Source: an uncultured Anaerolineaceae bacterium (GTDB taxonomy: Bacteria > Chloroflexota > Anaerolineae > Anaerolineales > Anaerolineaceae). Taken from it: a stretch of 19,489 bases of DNA. Made by a program: the position numbers and the translations under genes. Location: positions 1 through 19,489 of the forward strand of contig CAZINW010000019.1 in the NCBI GenBank assembly GCA_964540765.1. The letters are read 5' to 3'. Each line of letters begins with the position of its first letter. Positions within the stretch are counted from its first letter, which is position 1. Below the pieces are notes generated by a model. The model saw only the letters and a list, made by a program, of their open reading frames with translations. It ran no database searches and was not told the origin of the DNA. Positions 5,716 to 13,393 of the stretch are shown in pieces.

Positions 5716-7635
5716 CTAATGTTTGGTTTTCTGGAATTGTGTCTGGTAAAGGCTGGCATACAGCCCGCCTTTCGCCAGCAGGGTGGCATGGTTGCCGCTC
5801 TCAACGATCTTGCCGCGGTCCATTACCAGGATCAGATCAGCCGCTAGGATGGTGCTCAGGCGGTGGGCAATGACAATGCTGGTGCGTTCAGCCATCACCC
5901 TCCCGAGGGCAGCCTGGATGAGGGCTTCAGATTCACTATCCAGGCTGCTGGTAGCTTCATCCAGGATCAAAATACGAGGATTTTTGAGGATTACGCGCGC
6001 CAGCGCAATGCGCTGCTTCTCGCCGCCACTCATGCGATAACCGCGCTCACCGACGATGGTATCATAGCCATCCGTCAATGCATGGATGAAATCGTGGATG
6101 TTGGCAATCTGGCAGGCAGCCTCCAACTCCTCCTGGGTGGCATCCAAGCGCGCATATTGCAGGTTGGTGCGAATGGTGTCGTGGAACAGGTAGGTTTCCT
6201 GCGTGACCATGCCTATTTGTGCAGAGAGGGATTCAAGCGTCACATCCCGCAGATCATGTCCATCAATACGGATACTCCCATCGGTCGGATCATACAGGCG
6301 CGGAATGAGATAGGTGATGGTGGTTTTGCCAGCACCGCTGGGCCCCACCAATGCTACCAGCTGCCCTGGCGCTGCTCTGAAACTGATCCCATCCAGGGCA
6401 GTGGCGCGCGCCTGGCTTTTGGGAGCAATCTCCTCTTCTTCTGCAGTAGGTGCTCCACCGGAGAGGACTGTCGACACGTTATCCATGCTGCCGTAGCGAT
6501 GCACATCGCTGAGCAGGTTGTCAACATCTGTTTCATATTTAAATGAGACTTTGTCAAAGATGATCCCGCCCTGTACATTCTCAAGCGCCAGTGCATCCGG
6601 CTTTTCAGGGATATCGACTGGCAAGTCGATCACTTCAAAGACGCGCTCAAAGCTGACCATTGAGGTGGCAAACTCAACGGGGGCATTTGAAAGCCCCGAG
6701 AGCGCACCATACAGGCTGCCAAGATATGCACCAAAGGCGACGATCGTGCCGATGGTGAAGGCGCCCTGGATGACAAAATAACCACCCAACCCATAGACCA
6801 GGGCAGACCCCACCGCGCTGATCAGACCGATGATCGCCATAAAAATTGAACCGGTGAACGCCCGGCGCACGCCTAGGTCGCGCACCTGCGCAGCGCGCTG
6901 ACTGAAGATGTCAACCTCCAACTGTTGGCGACCGAACAACTTTACCAGGAGCGCTCCGCCGATGTTGAGTGTCTCGTTCATCATGGCATTCATCTGGGCA
7001 TTGGCTTCCATCTGCTTGCGGGAGATATCGCGCAGGCGCGTGCCCAGCAGGCGTGCTGCCAGCAAGAACAACGGCATGATTGCCACACTGATCAGGGTCA
7101 AGCGCCATTCGAGCGTAAACATGACTGAAAGAACGGCCACGGCTTGAATGGTATTGGTGATGATGCCAACCAGCGTGCTGCTGATGGCATTTTGTGCGCC
7201 CACCACATCATTATTCAGCCGGCTCATCAACTCTCCGACCTTGGTGTTGGTGAAGAAACGCAGTGACATGCGCTGCAAGCGGGTGTAGAGTGCCTGTCGC
7301 AAATCAAAAATGACGCCCTCGCCGATGCGTGCATTGATCCGCCGTTGGAAGACTTGAATGGTACCGGTCAGAGCGGGGATCAACAACAGCGCGACCCCAA
7401 GTAAAATCAGCCTCTTGGTGTCGCCGGCGGGGATGGTTTTGTCGATCAGATCTCGCAGGATGAATGGGGTCAGCAGTGACAGCCCTGTGCTCGCCAGGAT
7501 CAGCAGCAGCATTGCAATGATTAGCCAGCGGTAGGGTTTGGCATATTCAAGCACGCGTTTGAGCAATGGCCAGGTTATCTTTGGTTTTTCGTCAGGAGAA
7601 TTGATCATTCCCCGCATGCCACCATAAAGTCGCAT
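5716..7635 (-). CDS. ABC exporter with fused transmembrane and ATP-binding domains (type I exporter, MsbA/multidrug-like), 639 aa
   Basis: ATG is preceded by AAGGA with a 6-nt spacer. The N-terminal half has six TM helices. The NBD has Walker A (GPSGAGKTT), the ABC signature (LSGGEKQRIALAR) and Walker B (ILILDEAT). An unusual Glu-rich insertion lies between the A-loop region and Walker A. Confidence 0.9.
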   Translation of the reverse strand: MRLYGGMRGMINSPDEKPKITWPLLKRVLEYAKPYRWLIIAMLLLILASTGLSLLTPFILRDLIDKTIPAGDTKRLILLGVALLLIPALTGTIQVFQRRINARIGEGVIFDLRQALYTRLQRMSLRFFTNTKVGELMSRLNNDVVGAQNAISSTLVGIITNTIQAVAVLSVMFTLEWRLTLISVAIMPLFLLAARLLGTRLRDISRKQMEANAQMNAMMNETLNIGGALLVKLFGRQQLEVDIFSQRAAQVRDLGVRRAFTGSIFMAIIGLISAVGSALVYGLGGYFVIQGAFTIGTIVAFGAYLGSLYGALSGLSNAPVEFATSMVSFERVFEVIDLPVDIPEKPDALALENVQGGIIFDKVSFKYETDVDNLLSDVHRYGSMDNVSTVLSGGAPTAEEEEIAPKSQARATALDGISFRAAPGQLVALVGPSGAGKTTITYLIPRLYDPTDGSIRIDGHDLRDVTLESLSAQIGMVTQETYLFHDTIRTNLQYARLDATQEELEAACQIANIHDFIHALTDGYDTIVGERGYRMSGGEKQRIALARVILKNPRILILDEATSSLDSESEALIQAALGRVMAERTSIVIAHRLSTILAADLILVMDRGKIVESGNHATLLAKGGLYASLYQTQFQKTKH

Positions 7636-7849
7636 CAGTTATCCTTCTCTCTTCAAGCATATTGGTATGTTCATTATCCCATGCTTTGATGGATTTTACA
7701 GAGTGGGTGAGTAGCTTTTCGGGAAATGCATCCTGCAAAAGCATGGAACCTTCCGCTGCTTACACGTGGGATAGAAGTGGTCAAGGACAGATGAGAACCT
7801 TGTATCATTAATATGATAATTGGTGGATTTAGTCTTATTACATACAGGT

Positions 7850-8146
7850 TTAACGAATGGTTCGCACTGCATCCAGGACTGCTTGTGGGTGCTTGTCGGC
7901 GACACGCAGCAACACCATTGCCGGCCCTTCAGGGATGCGTCTGCCCTGCTCCCAATTGCGTAAGGTGCGCACGCTAATCCCCAACATGGCAGCAAATTGT
8001 TCCTGGGTTAGGTTGTATTTTTCCCGGATTTGTTTGATGTCCAACGGGTCATAGGGGAAAATACATGCAGCGTCTTTTTCACCGCACAGTATCTGCCCCC
8101 CTTCTTTTACACTGGCAACCAGTTCATCAAAAAGTTCGTCTTTCAT
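7850..8146 (-). CDS. HigA-2-like helix-turn-helix antitoxin / XRE-type transcriptional regulator, 98 aa
   Basis: The C-terminal HTH reads LTQEQFAAMLGISVRTLRNWEQGRRIPEGPAMVLL. The layout is the one I recall for Vibrio HigA-2-type antitoxins. The ATG overlaps the stop of an upstream reading frame (ATGA) in the usual toxin-antitoxin manner. Confidence 0.7.
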   Translation of the reverse strand: MKDELFDELVASVKEGGQILCGEKDAACIFPYDPLDIKQIREKYNLTQEQFAAMLGISVRTLRNWEQGRRIPEGPAMVLLRVADKHPQAVLDAVRTIR

Positions 8147-8235
8147 AGGTACTCCTCTTCGACAATTCTTCGTAAAGCTTTCAATTGCTCGGATGTCAGA
8201 TCATCTTGTTCATTCTTCGCAACCACATAACGAAA
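8143..8235 (-). pseudogene. Truncated remnant (C-terminal, about 30 codons) of a HigB-2/RelE-like toxin gene
   Basis: The frame ending with a TGA that overlaps the higA-like ATG encodes FRYVVAKNEQDDLTSEQLKALRRIVEEEYL. KNE-x2-DL-x3-Q-x-K-x-L resembles the C-terminal tail of HigB-2, as I recall it. The frame is closed by TAA at 8236-8238 and by further stops upstream. No start codon is visible and no full-length partner exists. Confidence 0.35.
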
Positions 8236-8453
8236 TTATGCGCCAATGGCGTACTTTGTTAAGGTAAATTGCACACCAAACCATTCCTTATGCTAAATGT
8301 TCCTGTCATACAAAAACAATTTTATTGGGTGTGCTTGGTCAACATTCAGTTATAAGGAAAGCCATCGACCAAAAATCGAAAAAGCAGTTAAAATCAATGC
8401 TAAACTGAACAACCTTCAACCAGTTTCAATTGCAGTGTAAAGGAGACACCTAA

Positions 8454-9419
8454 ATGAAGCAAGTTGGCACATCCAACATCCCCTGGGAAGAACGTCCTCC
8501 CCATAGCCATGATGTCGTCTGGCGCTACAGCCACAACCCCATCATTCCACGCGACTTGATCCCTTCCTCAAACAGCATCTTTAACAGTGCGGTTGTTCCT
8601 TTCAAGGATGCCTTTGCCGGTGTCTTTCGCTGCGATAATAAAAAGCGCGAAATGAACCTGCATGTCGGATTCAGCCGGAATGGGATCGATTGGCAGATCG
8701 AGAATGAGCCAATCACGTGGCAGTGTGATGACGCGGAACTGGCCCGCTTTGAATATCGCTATGACCCGCGCGTGCTCTGGCTGGAGGACCGTTACTACAT
8801 TACCTGGTGCAATGGTTACCATGGCCCCACCATTGGGATTGGCTACACACAGAATTTTAAGGCCTTTCACTTTTTAGAAAACGCACTGCTGCCCTTCAAT
8901 CGCAACGGTGTGCTTTTCCCACGCAAGATCAAGGAGCGTTATGTCATGCTTAACCGCCCCAGCGACAACGGTCACACCCCCTTTGGCGATATCTTCCTCA
9001 GCCAATCCTTTGACATGATCCACTGGGGTGAGCACCGCCACGTGATGGGCGTAAAGGACGGCTGGCAGAGCACCAAGATCGGCGCCGGTCCCATCCCGAT
9101 TGAGACGGAAGAAGGCTGGCTGCTCTTTTATCACGGCGTGCTCACTTCCTGCAATGGATTTGTCTACAGCTTTGGTGCTGCCCTACTGGATCTCGAGCAG
9201 CCTTGGAAGGTCATCCGGCGTGCCGGACCCTACCTGCTTTCACCGCAAACACTGTATGAATGCGTCGGGGATGTGCCCAACGTGGTCTTTCCCTGTGCAA
9301 CTCTCTATGACCAGCCCAGTGGTCGCATTGTCATCTATTACGGCGGTGCGGATACGGTCACGGCTTTGGCCTTCGCAAAAATGGATGAAGTTCTGGCTTT
9401 CATCCGATCAAATTCCTGA
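8454..9419 (+). CDS. Glycoside hydrolase family 130 protein (beta-mannoside phosphorylase/hydrolase-type, 5-bladed beta-propeller), 321 aa
   Basis: ATG is preceded by AAGGAG with an 8-nt spacer. GH130-type blocks include [51 protein letters not shown] and [14 protein letters not shown]. Confidence 0.8.
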   Translation: MKQVGTSNIPWEERPPHSHDVVWRYSHNPIIPRDLIPSSNSIFNSAVVPFKDAFAGVFRCDNKKREMNLHVGFSRNGIDWQIENEPITWQCDDAELARFEYRYDPRVLWLEDRYYITWCNGYHGPTIGIGYTQNFKAFHFLENALLPFNRNGVLFPRKIKERYVMLNRPSDNGHTPFGDIFLSQSFDMIHWGEHRHVMGVKDGWQSTKIGAGPIPIETEEGWLLFYHGVLTSCNGFVYSFGAALLDLEQPWKVIRRAGPYLLSPQTLYECVGDVPNVVFPCATLYDQPSGRIVIYYGGADTVTALAFAKMDEVLAFIRSNS

Positions 9420-9487
9420 GATATACCGGTCAGATTGGTTTGTGAGTTGATCAGACATCAAGCGTACCTGGTCATTAAAAGCAGGAT

Positions 9488-9515
9488 GGGTTTCCTTGAA
9501 AAATCAAGGAAACCC
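9488..9515. terminator. Strong hairpin between the convergent GH130 and ABC ATPase genes, probably a terminator
   Basis: GGGTTTCCTTG-aaaaat-CAAGGAAACCC forms an 11-bp perfect stem. It has no adjacent clean U-tract on either strand; the nearest is CTTTTAAT, 8 nt downstream on the minus strand. Confidence 0.45.
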
Positions 9516-9547
9516 GTTCTGCCAATTATGCACAATCCGAAGAAAAA

Positions 9548-10489
9548 TTATCCGTTCTTATTATAAAGCCAGCAAGACGCAGAATGACCAGGTTCGACCT
9601 CGAGAATGGGTGGCGTCTGCTTGCATAGATCAAAAACATGGGGACATCGGTCTGCATAGACACAACCGGTTGTGGATGCCCTGTCTGTCAGGCACTGTTC
9701 CACCGTTGTGGCTTCCCGATCCCATTCCTTGTCCAGGCGGGGTACGGAGGCGATCAACATTTGTGTGTATGGATGCAGCGGGTGATTAAAGACATTATCA
9801 ATGGTACCGACCTCTGCCGTGCAACCACGATACAGAATGATGGCTCTTTCGCTGATATAGTTTGCCAGGGACAGGTCGTGGGTGATGAACAGGATGGATA
9901 GCCCACTGGCTTTGAGTTCTGCCAACAGGTTGAGCACGTCGATGCGCGTGGATGCATCCAGCATGCTGATGATCTCATCCGCGACGAGGAATTTGATATC
10001 AAGCAACAAGGCGCGTGCGATCAGAAAGCGCTGAAGCTGCCCACCGCTGAGTTGATGCGGGTATTTATCAATCACATGCTCCGGGTTCAACCCCACTGAC
10101 TTAAGGGTTTGAGCGGTTTTCTCCTGCCATTCCTGATCTGAGATATGAGGATAAAACTCTTCGTGGATAATTTTGAATACGCGATCGGCTTTGAAAATCG
10201 GGTTGAAGCAACTGAAAGGATCCTGAAAAACGCCCTGAACCTTGCGGTAGTATTCCTTGTCCTGGTACTCCTGAATATCTTTACCATCCAGGTTGATCTG
10301 CCCGTTTGTAGTGGAGATAAGGCGCAGGATCATCTTGCCGATGGTACTCTTGCCGCTGCCACTTTCGCCAATCAGAGAGAGCACTTCTCCATCTTCAATG
10401 GTGAAACTGATATCATTTACTGCGCGCAGTTCCTTGCCCCCGAAGGTGCCGGTTTTATAAATTTTTGAGATGTGCTCCAGTTTAAGCAT
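9548..10489 (-). CDS. Oligopeptide/dipeptide-type ABC transporter ATP-binding protein (OppF/DppF-like)
   Basis: Walker A is GESGSGKST, the signature is LSGGQLQRFLIARAL and Walker B is FLVADE. A C-terminal oligo_HPY-type region (HPLHPYTQML) is present. I chose ATG 10489 (MLKLEHISKIY...), which overlaps the upstream gene's stop by 8 nt (ATGCTTAA). The 15-codon extension in the ORF track is unlikely. Confidence 0.85.
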   Translation of the reverse strand: MLKLEHISKIYKTGTFGGKELRAVNDISFTIEDGEVLSLIGESGSGKSTIGKMILRLISTTNGQINLDGKDIQEYQDKEYYRKVQGVFQDPFSCFNPIFKADRVFKIIHEEFYPHISDQEWQEKTAQTLKSVGLNPEHVIDKYPHQLSGGQLQRFLIARALLLDIKFLVADEIISMLDASTRIDVLNLLAELKASGLSILFITHDLSLANYISERAIILYRGCTAEVGTIDNVFNHPLHPYTQMLIASVPRLDKEWDREATTVEQCLTDRASTTGCVYADRCPHVFDLCKQTPPILEVEPGHSASCWLYNKNG

Positions 10490-11444
10490 TTTCTGTAATC
10501 TCCCTCCAACATGCCACAAAATGATCTTTTTCAATTTCCTGGAAGGGTGGAACTTCGATGCATTTTTCGTATGTCACCGGGCAGCGGTCACGGAAGCGGC
10601 AGCCCTCCGGTGGTTTGAGCAGTAAGGGCGGTTTTCCGGGGATTCCCGATAACTTCATATCGCTATACTTTACGCCCACTTTCGGCAGCGAGGAAATCAG
10701 CATTTTTGTATAAGGATGCCGTGGGGATTGAATAATCGTCCGGGTGGAGGCTTTTTCAGCCAGTTGTCCGGCGTACATGATCAGGATGCTATCCGCTATC
10801 TGGTAGAGGATTGAGACGTCATGGGTGATCACGATCATGTTTTTCATGAATTGACGGTCACGAAAATCCACCAGCATCTCAGCCACCGCCTTTTGTGTGG
10901 AAACATCCAGGGCAGAGGTGATCTCATCTGCGAGCAGCAGGGATGGATCTAAAATGGTGGACAGCACCATCACCAGGCGCTGCTTCATGCCCCCGGAAAG
11001 TTCGATGGGGTACATTTTCAAAACGTCCTGGGGTAGCTTGACCAGATCCAACCTGCATTTCAATTCTGTCAGTTTCTCGTCGTAATTTACATCACGTGAC
11101 TCGAGCATTTCCTGGATCATTTTGCCGATCTTGCGAATGGGGTTGAGGGCATTCATGGCGTACTGGGGAATGATGGAGATTTTCTTGAAGCGAAATTCAT
11201 CCATCGCCTCCATATCCAAAATAGGGAGGATCTCACCATCCAACAAAACCTGACCCGAAATATGCTTCATGGGAGGGGTCAGCATGATCAGACTGTGAGC
11301 CAGGGTGGTCTTGCCACAACCGGACTCGCCAGCCAGACCCATGATCTCTCCATCAGCAATGGAAAAACTGGCTTGTTCCAAGGCACGCACGTCCCCCTTT
11401 AGAGTCTGATAATAAACAGAAAGGTTTTCTACTTGTAGGCTCAT
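10482..11444 (-). CDS. Oligopeptide/dipeptide-type ABC transporter ATP-binding protein (OppD/DppD-like)
   Basis: Walker A is GESGCGKTT, the signature is LSGGMKQRLVMV and Walker B is LLLADE. A C-terminal HPY motif (RHPYTKML) and a Cys-rich tail are present. Its ATG lies 2 nt after the upstream permease stop. Confidence 0.9.
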   Translation of the reverse strand: MSLQVENLSVYYQTLKGDVRALEQASFSIADGEIMGLAGESGCGKTTLAHSLIMLTPPMKHISGQVLLDGEILPILDMEAMDEFRFKKISIIPQYAMNALNPIRKIGKMIQEMLESRDVNYDEKLTELKCRLDLVKLPQDVLKMYPIELSGGMKQRLVMVLSTILDPSLLLADEITSALDVSTQKAVAEMLVDFRDRQFMKNMIVITHDVSILYQIADSILIMYAGQLAEKASTRTIIQSPRHPYTKMLISSLPKVGVKYSDMKLSGIPGKPPLLLKPPEGCRFRDRCPVTYEKCIEVPPFQEIEKDHFVACWREITENA

Positions 11445-11446
11445 GA

Positions 11447-12307
11447 TTACATTTCTCTCAGTTTGGGGTTGAAGACTTCGTCAAGACCGACATTCATGGT
11501 GTACAGAGCACCCACAATAATGGTGATGCCCAAGCCCGGGGGAACGAACCACCACCACATATCCAACTGCAAGGCGCCCCAATTGACGGCATACTGCATC
11601 ATCAAACCCAACGAGATGGTATTGGTCGGTCCCAATCCAATAAAATCCAGGGTGGCTGCATTCAGGATCGCCCCACCAAACTGCAGGATGAAAGTCATCA
11701 CTAGATAAGACATCATGTTCGGAGCGATCTCAGAAAAGATGATCTTGTTTTGTTTTATGCTGCTCATTTTTGCCAGGTCCACAAAGTCCCGCGTGCGGAG
11801 TGAAAAAGTCTGGGCACGGATAGCCCGGGCCGCCCAAGGCCAGGCTGTCATTCCAATTAATATGCTCTGGGTAAAGATCGAGCGTACCTCAAGATAGGCT
11901 GAGATGATCAGCAGCACGGCAAAGGTGGGGATGACCAGGATAACATTCGTTAAAATATTCAAGATCTCATCCACCCAGCCGCCGTAGTAACCGGCTGTAA
12001 ACCCGATCAGAATCCCGATAATGGTACCGATTCCACCGCCAATCAAGCCCACCAAGAAGGTGGCTCGCAACCCATGCACAAACTGAGCGAAGACATCCTG
12101 ACCAAACATGGTCGTCCCGAATAAATATTCGGAGGAGGGTGGTACTGGACCCATTGGATTGACGTAGTCAAAAGGATCATTGTGCACAAACAATGGACCA
12201 AGGATGGTCAGTAATAAAAAGAAGATAATGATTGCAAGACCAATCAATAATTTTGGATTCCTCAGTGCAAAAAAGAGAAATTCATTTTTCTTTTTGGTGT
12301 TGGTCAT
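11447..12307 (-). CDS. ABC transporter permease (OppC/DppC-like)
   Basis: Six predicted TM helices with a binding-protein-dependent permease layout. Its ATG overlaps the upstream stop (ATGA). Confidence 0.9.
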   Translation of the reverse strand: MTNTKKKNEFLFFALRNPKLLIGLAIIIFFLLLTILGPLFVHNDPFDYVNPMGPVPPSSEYLFGTTMFGQDVFAQFVHGLRATFLVGLIGGGIGTIIGILIGFTAGYYGGWVDEILNILTNVILVIPTFAVLLIISAYLEVRSIFTQSILIGMTAWPWAARAIRAQTFSLRTRDFVDLAKMSSIKQNKIIFSEIAPNMMSYLVMTFILQFGGAILNAATLDFIGLGPTNTISLGLMMQYAVNWGALQLDMWWWFVPPGLGITIIVGALYTMNVGLDEVFNPKLREM

Positions 12308-13296
12308 GCTGTTTCACCCATCATGCCTTTCCGTGTTCTTGGGTCCACCATGATATAGACGATATCAATGACGAAATTTGCAATCAGAACACCAATAATA
12401 ATGAAGAGGAAACAACCCTGGATCAGGAAATAGTCCTGATTTTGAATGGCTGCCAGGATCAGGTAGCCGATGCCTGGATAGGAAAAAACCACCTCAGTAG
12501 ACAGGGCACCAGCCAAAATCGCACCCAACTGTAACGCCAGACCACTGAGTTGCGGTAACACGGCATTGTTGAAAGCGTACTTGCGCACCAGTTTGCGGGG
12601 GATCCCCAGCGCTTCAAGATAATGGGAGTAGTCTGCATCCAGTTCATAAATGATCATGTTGCGCATGCCGATAGCCCAACCCCCGAACATCACCAAAAAG
12701 AGCGAGGCAAAAGGCAGGAACCAGTGACTAAAGAGGCTGCCAATGAATGCCCATGAGAGATGCGGACGCATGGTAAAGCTATAAGCACCGGCAATGGGAA
12801 AAATATCCAGCACAATCCCCAAGAACCATGCCAGCAGAATACCCAGCCACATGTAGGGGGTCGCAGTAAGAATGTACCCGATCGGAGAGACCGTGTTATC
12901 CAACCACTTGGAACGCGCCGCGATCGCGCCAAACTTATTGCCAGCCCACCAGCTCAGTAAAATGGCCGGCAGCAAAAGGGCAATATCGTAAGGCACCGCA
13001 CGCATGATCACGGACATCACTGGTTGTGGGAACAGGTAAACACTAATGCCCAAATTACCGTGAAAAAGCTCTTTCCAGAAATTGAGATACTGTTGAAAGA
13101 GGGGAACATCCAGTCCAAAGATCCTGGAGTAGTACTCATACATCGCCTGGGCGGCTTCCGGATTGATGTTGGTCCTGGAAAGCATATTTCTGATGGGATC
13201 ACCAGGCATGAAGCGCGGGATCAGCCAGTCAATCGTGATTGCCACAAAAAAGGTCAGCAGGTAAATGAGAATCTTCCTTGTAAAATACCGTTTCAT
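12304..13296 (-). CDS. ABC transporter permease (OppB/DppB-like)
   Basis: OppB-type architecture ending ...IVYIMVDPRTRKG. I chose ATG 13296 (MKRYFTRKIL...), which follows GAAGGG with an 8-nt spacer. The ORF track uses GTG 13305. Confidence 0.85.
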   Translation of the reverse strand: MKRYFTRKILIYLLTFFVAITIDWLIPRFMPGDPIRNMLSRTNINPEAAQAMYEYYSRIFGLDVPLFQQYLNFWKELFHGNLGISVYLFPQPVMSVIMRAVPYDIALLLPAILLSWWAGNKFGAIAARSKWLDNTVSPIGYILTATPYMWLGILLAWFLGIVLDIFPIAGAYSFTMRPHLSWAFIGSLFSHWFLPFASLFLVMFGGWAIGMRNMIIYELDADYSHYLEALGIPRKLVRKYAFNNAVLPQLSGLALQLGAILAGALSTEVVFSYPGIGYLILAAIQNQDYFLIQGCFLFIIIGVLIANFVIDIVYIMVDPRTRKGMMGETA

Positions 13297-13393
13297 GCAC
13301 CACACCCTTCATTCATTGAGTGTAAAGCCTGCCCCTCTCCGACACAATGGGGAGGGGCAGGGAGTGATTAAGTAGTCTCAATCGAGACGAAGG

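Noticed and set aside
5863-6546. 227-aa + strand ORF, with several others, inside the ABC exporter gene
   Set aside because: They are antisense to a gene with unmistakable Walker A, signature and Walker B motifs. They have no RBS. Long antisense ORFs are expected in GC-balanced coding DNA.
7804-7817. Inverted repeat ATCAT-taat-ATGAT between the higA-like stop and the exporter promoter region
   Set aside because: It is AT-rich with short arms and has no U-tract. It is indistinguishable from chance in an AT-rich spacer.
7696-7995. 99-aa minus-strand ORF overlapping the higA-like gene in another frame
   Set aside because: It is Cys- and Trp-rich nonsense. It overlaps the clear HTH frame and extends into an intergenic region with no start signal.
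10490-10534. 15-codon N-terminal extension (MKKIILWHVGGRLQK) of the OppF-like ATPase
   Set aside because: It would overlap the upstream ATPase by 53 nt. The internal ATG gives the canonical MLKLEHISK N-terminus and a classic 8-nt coupling overlap.
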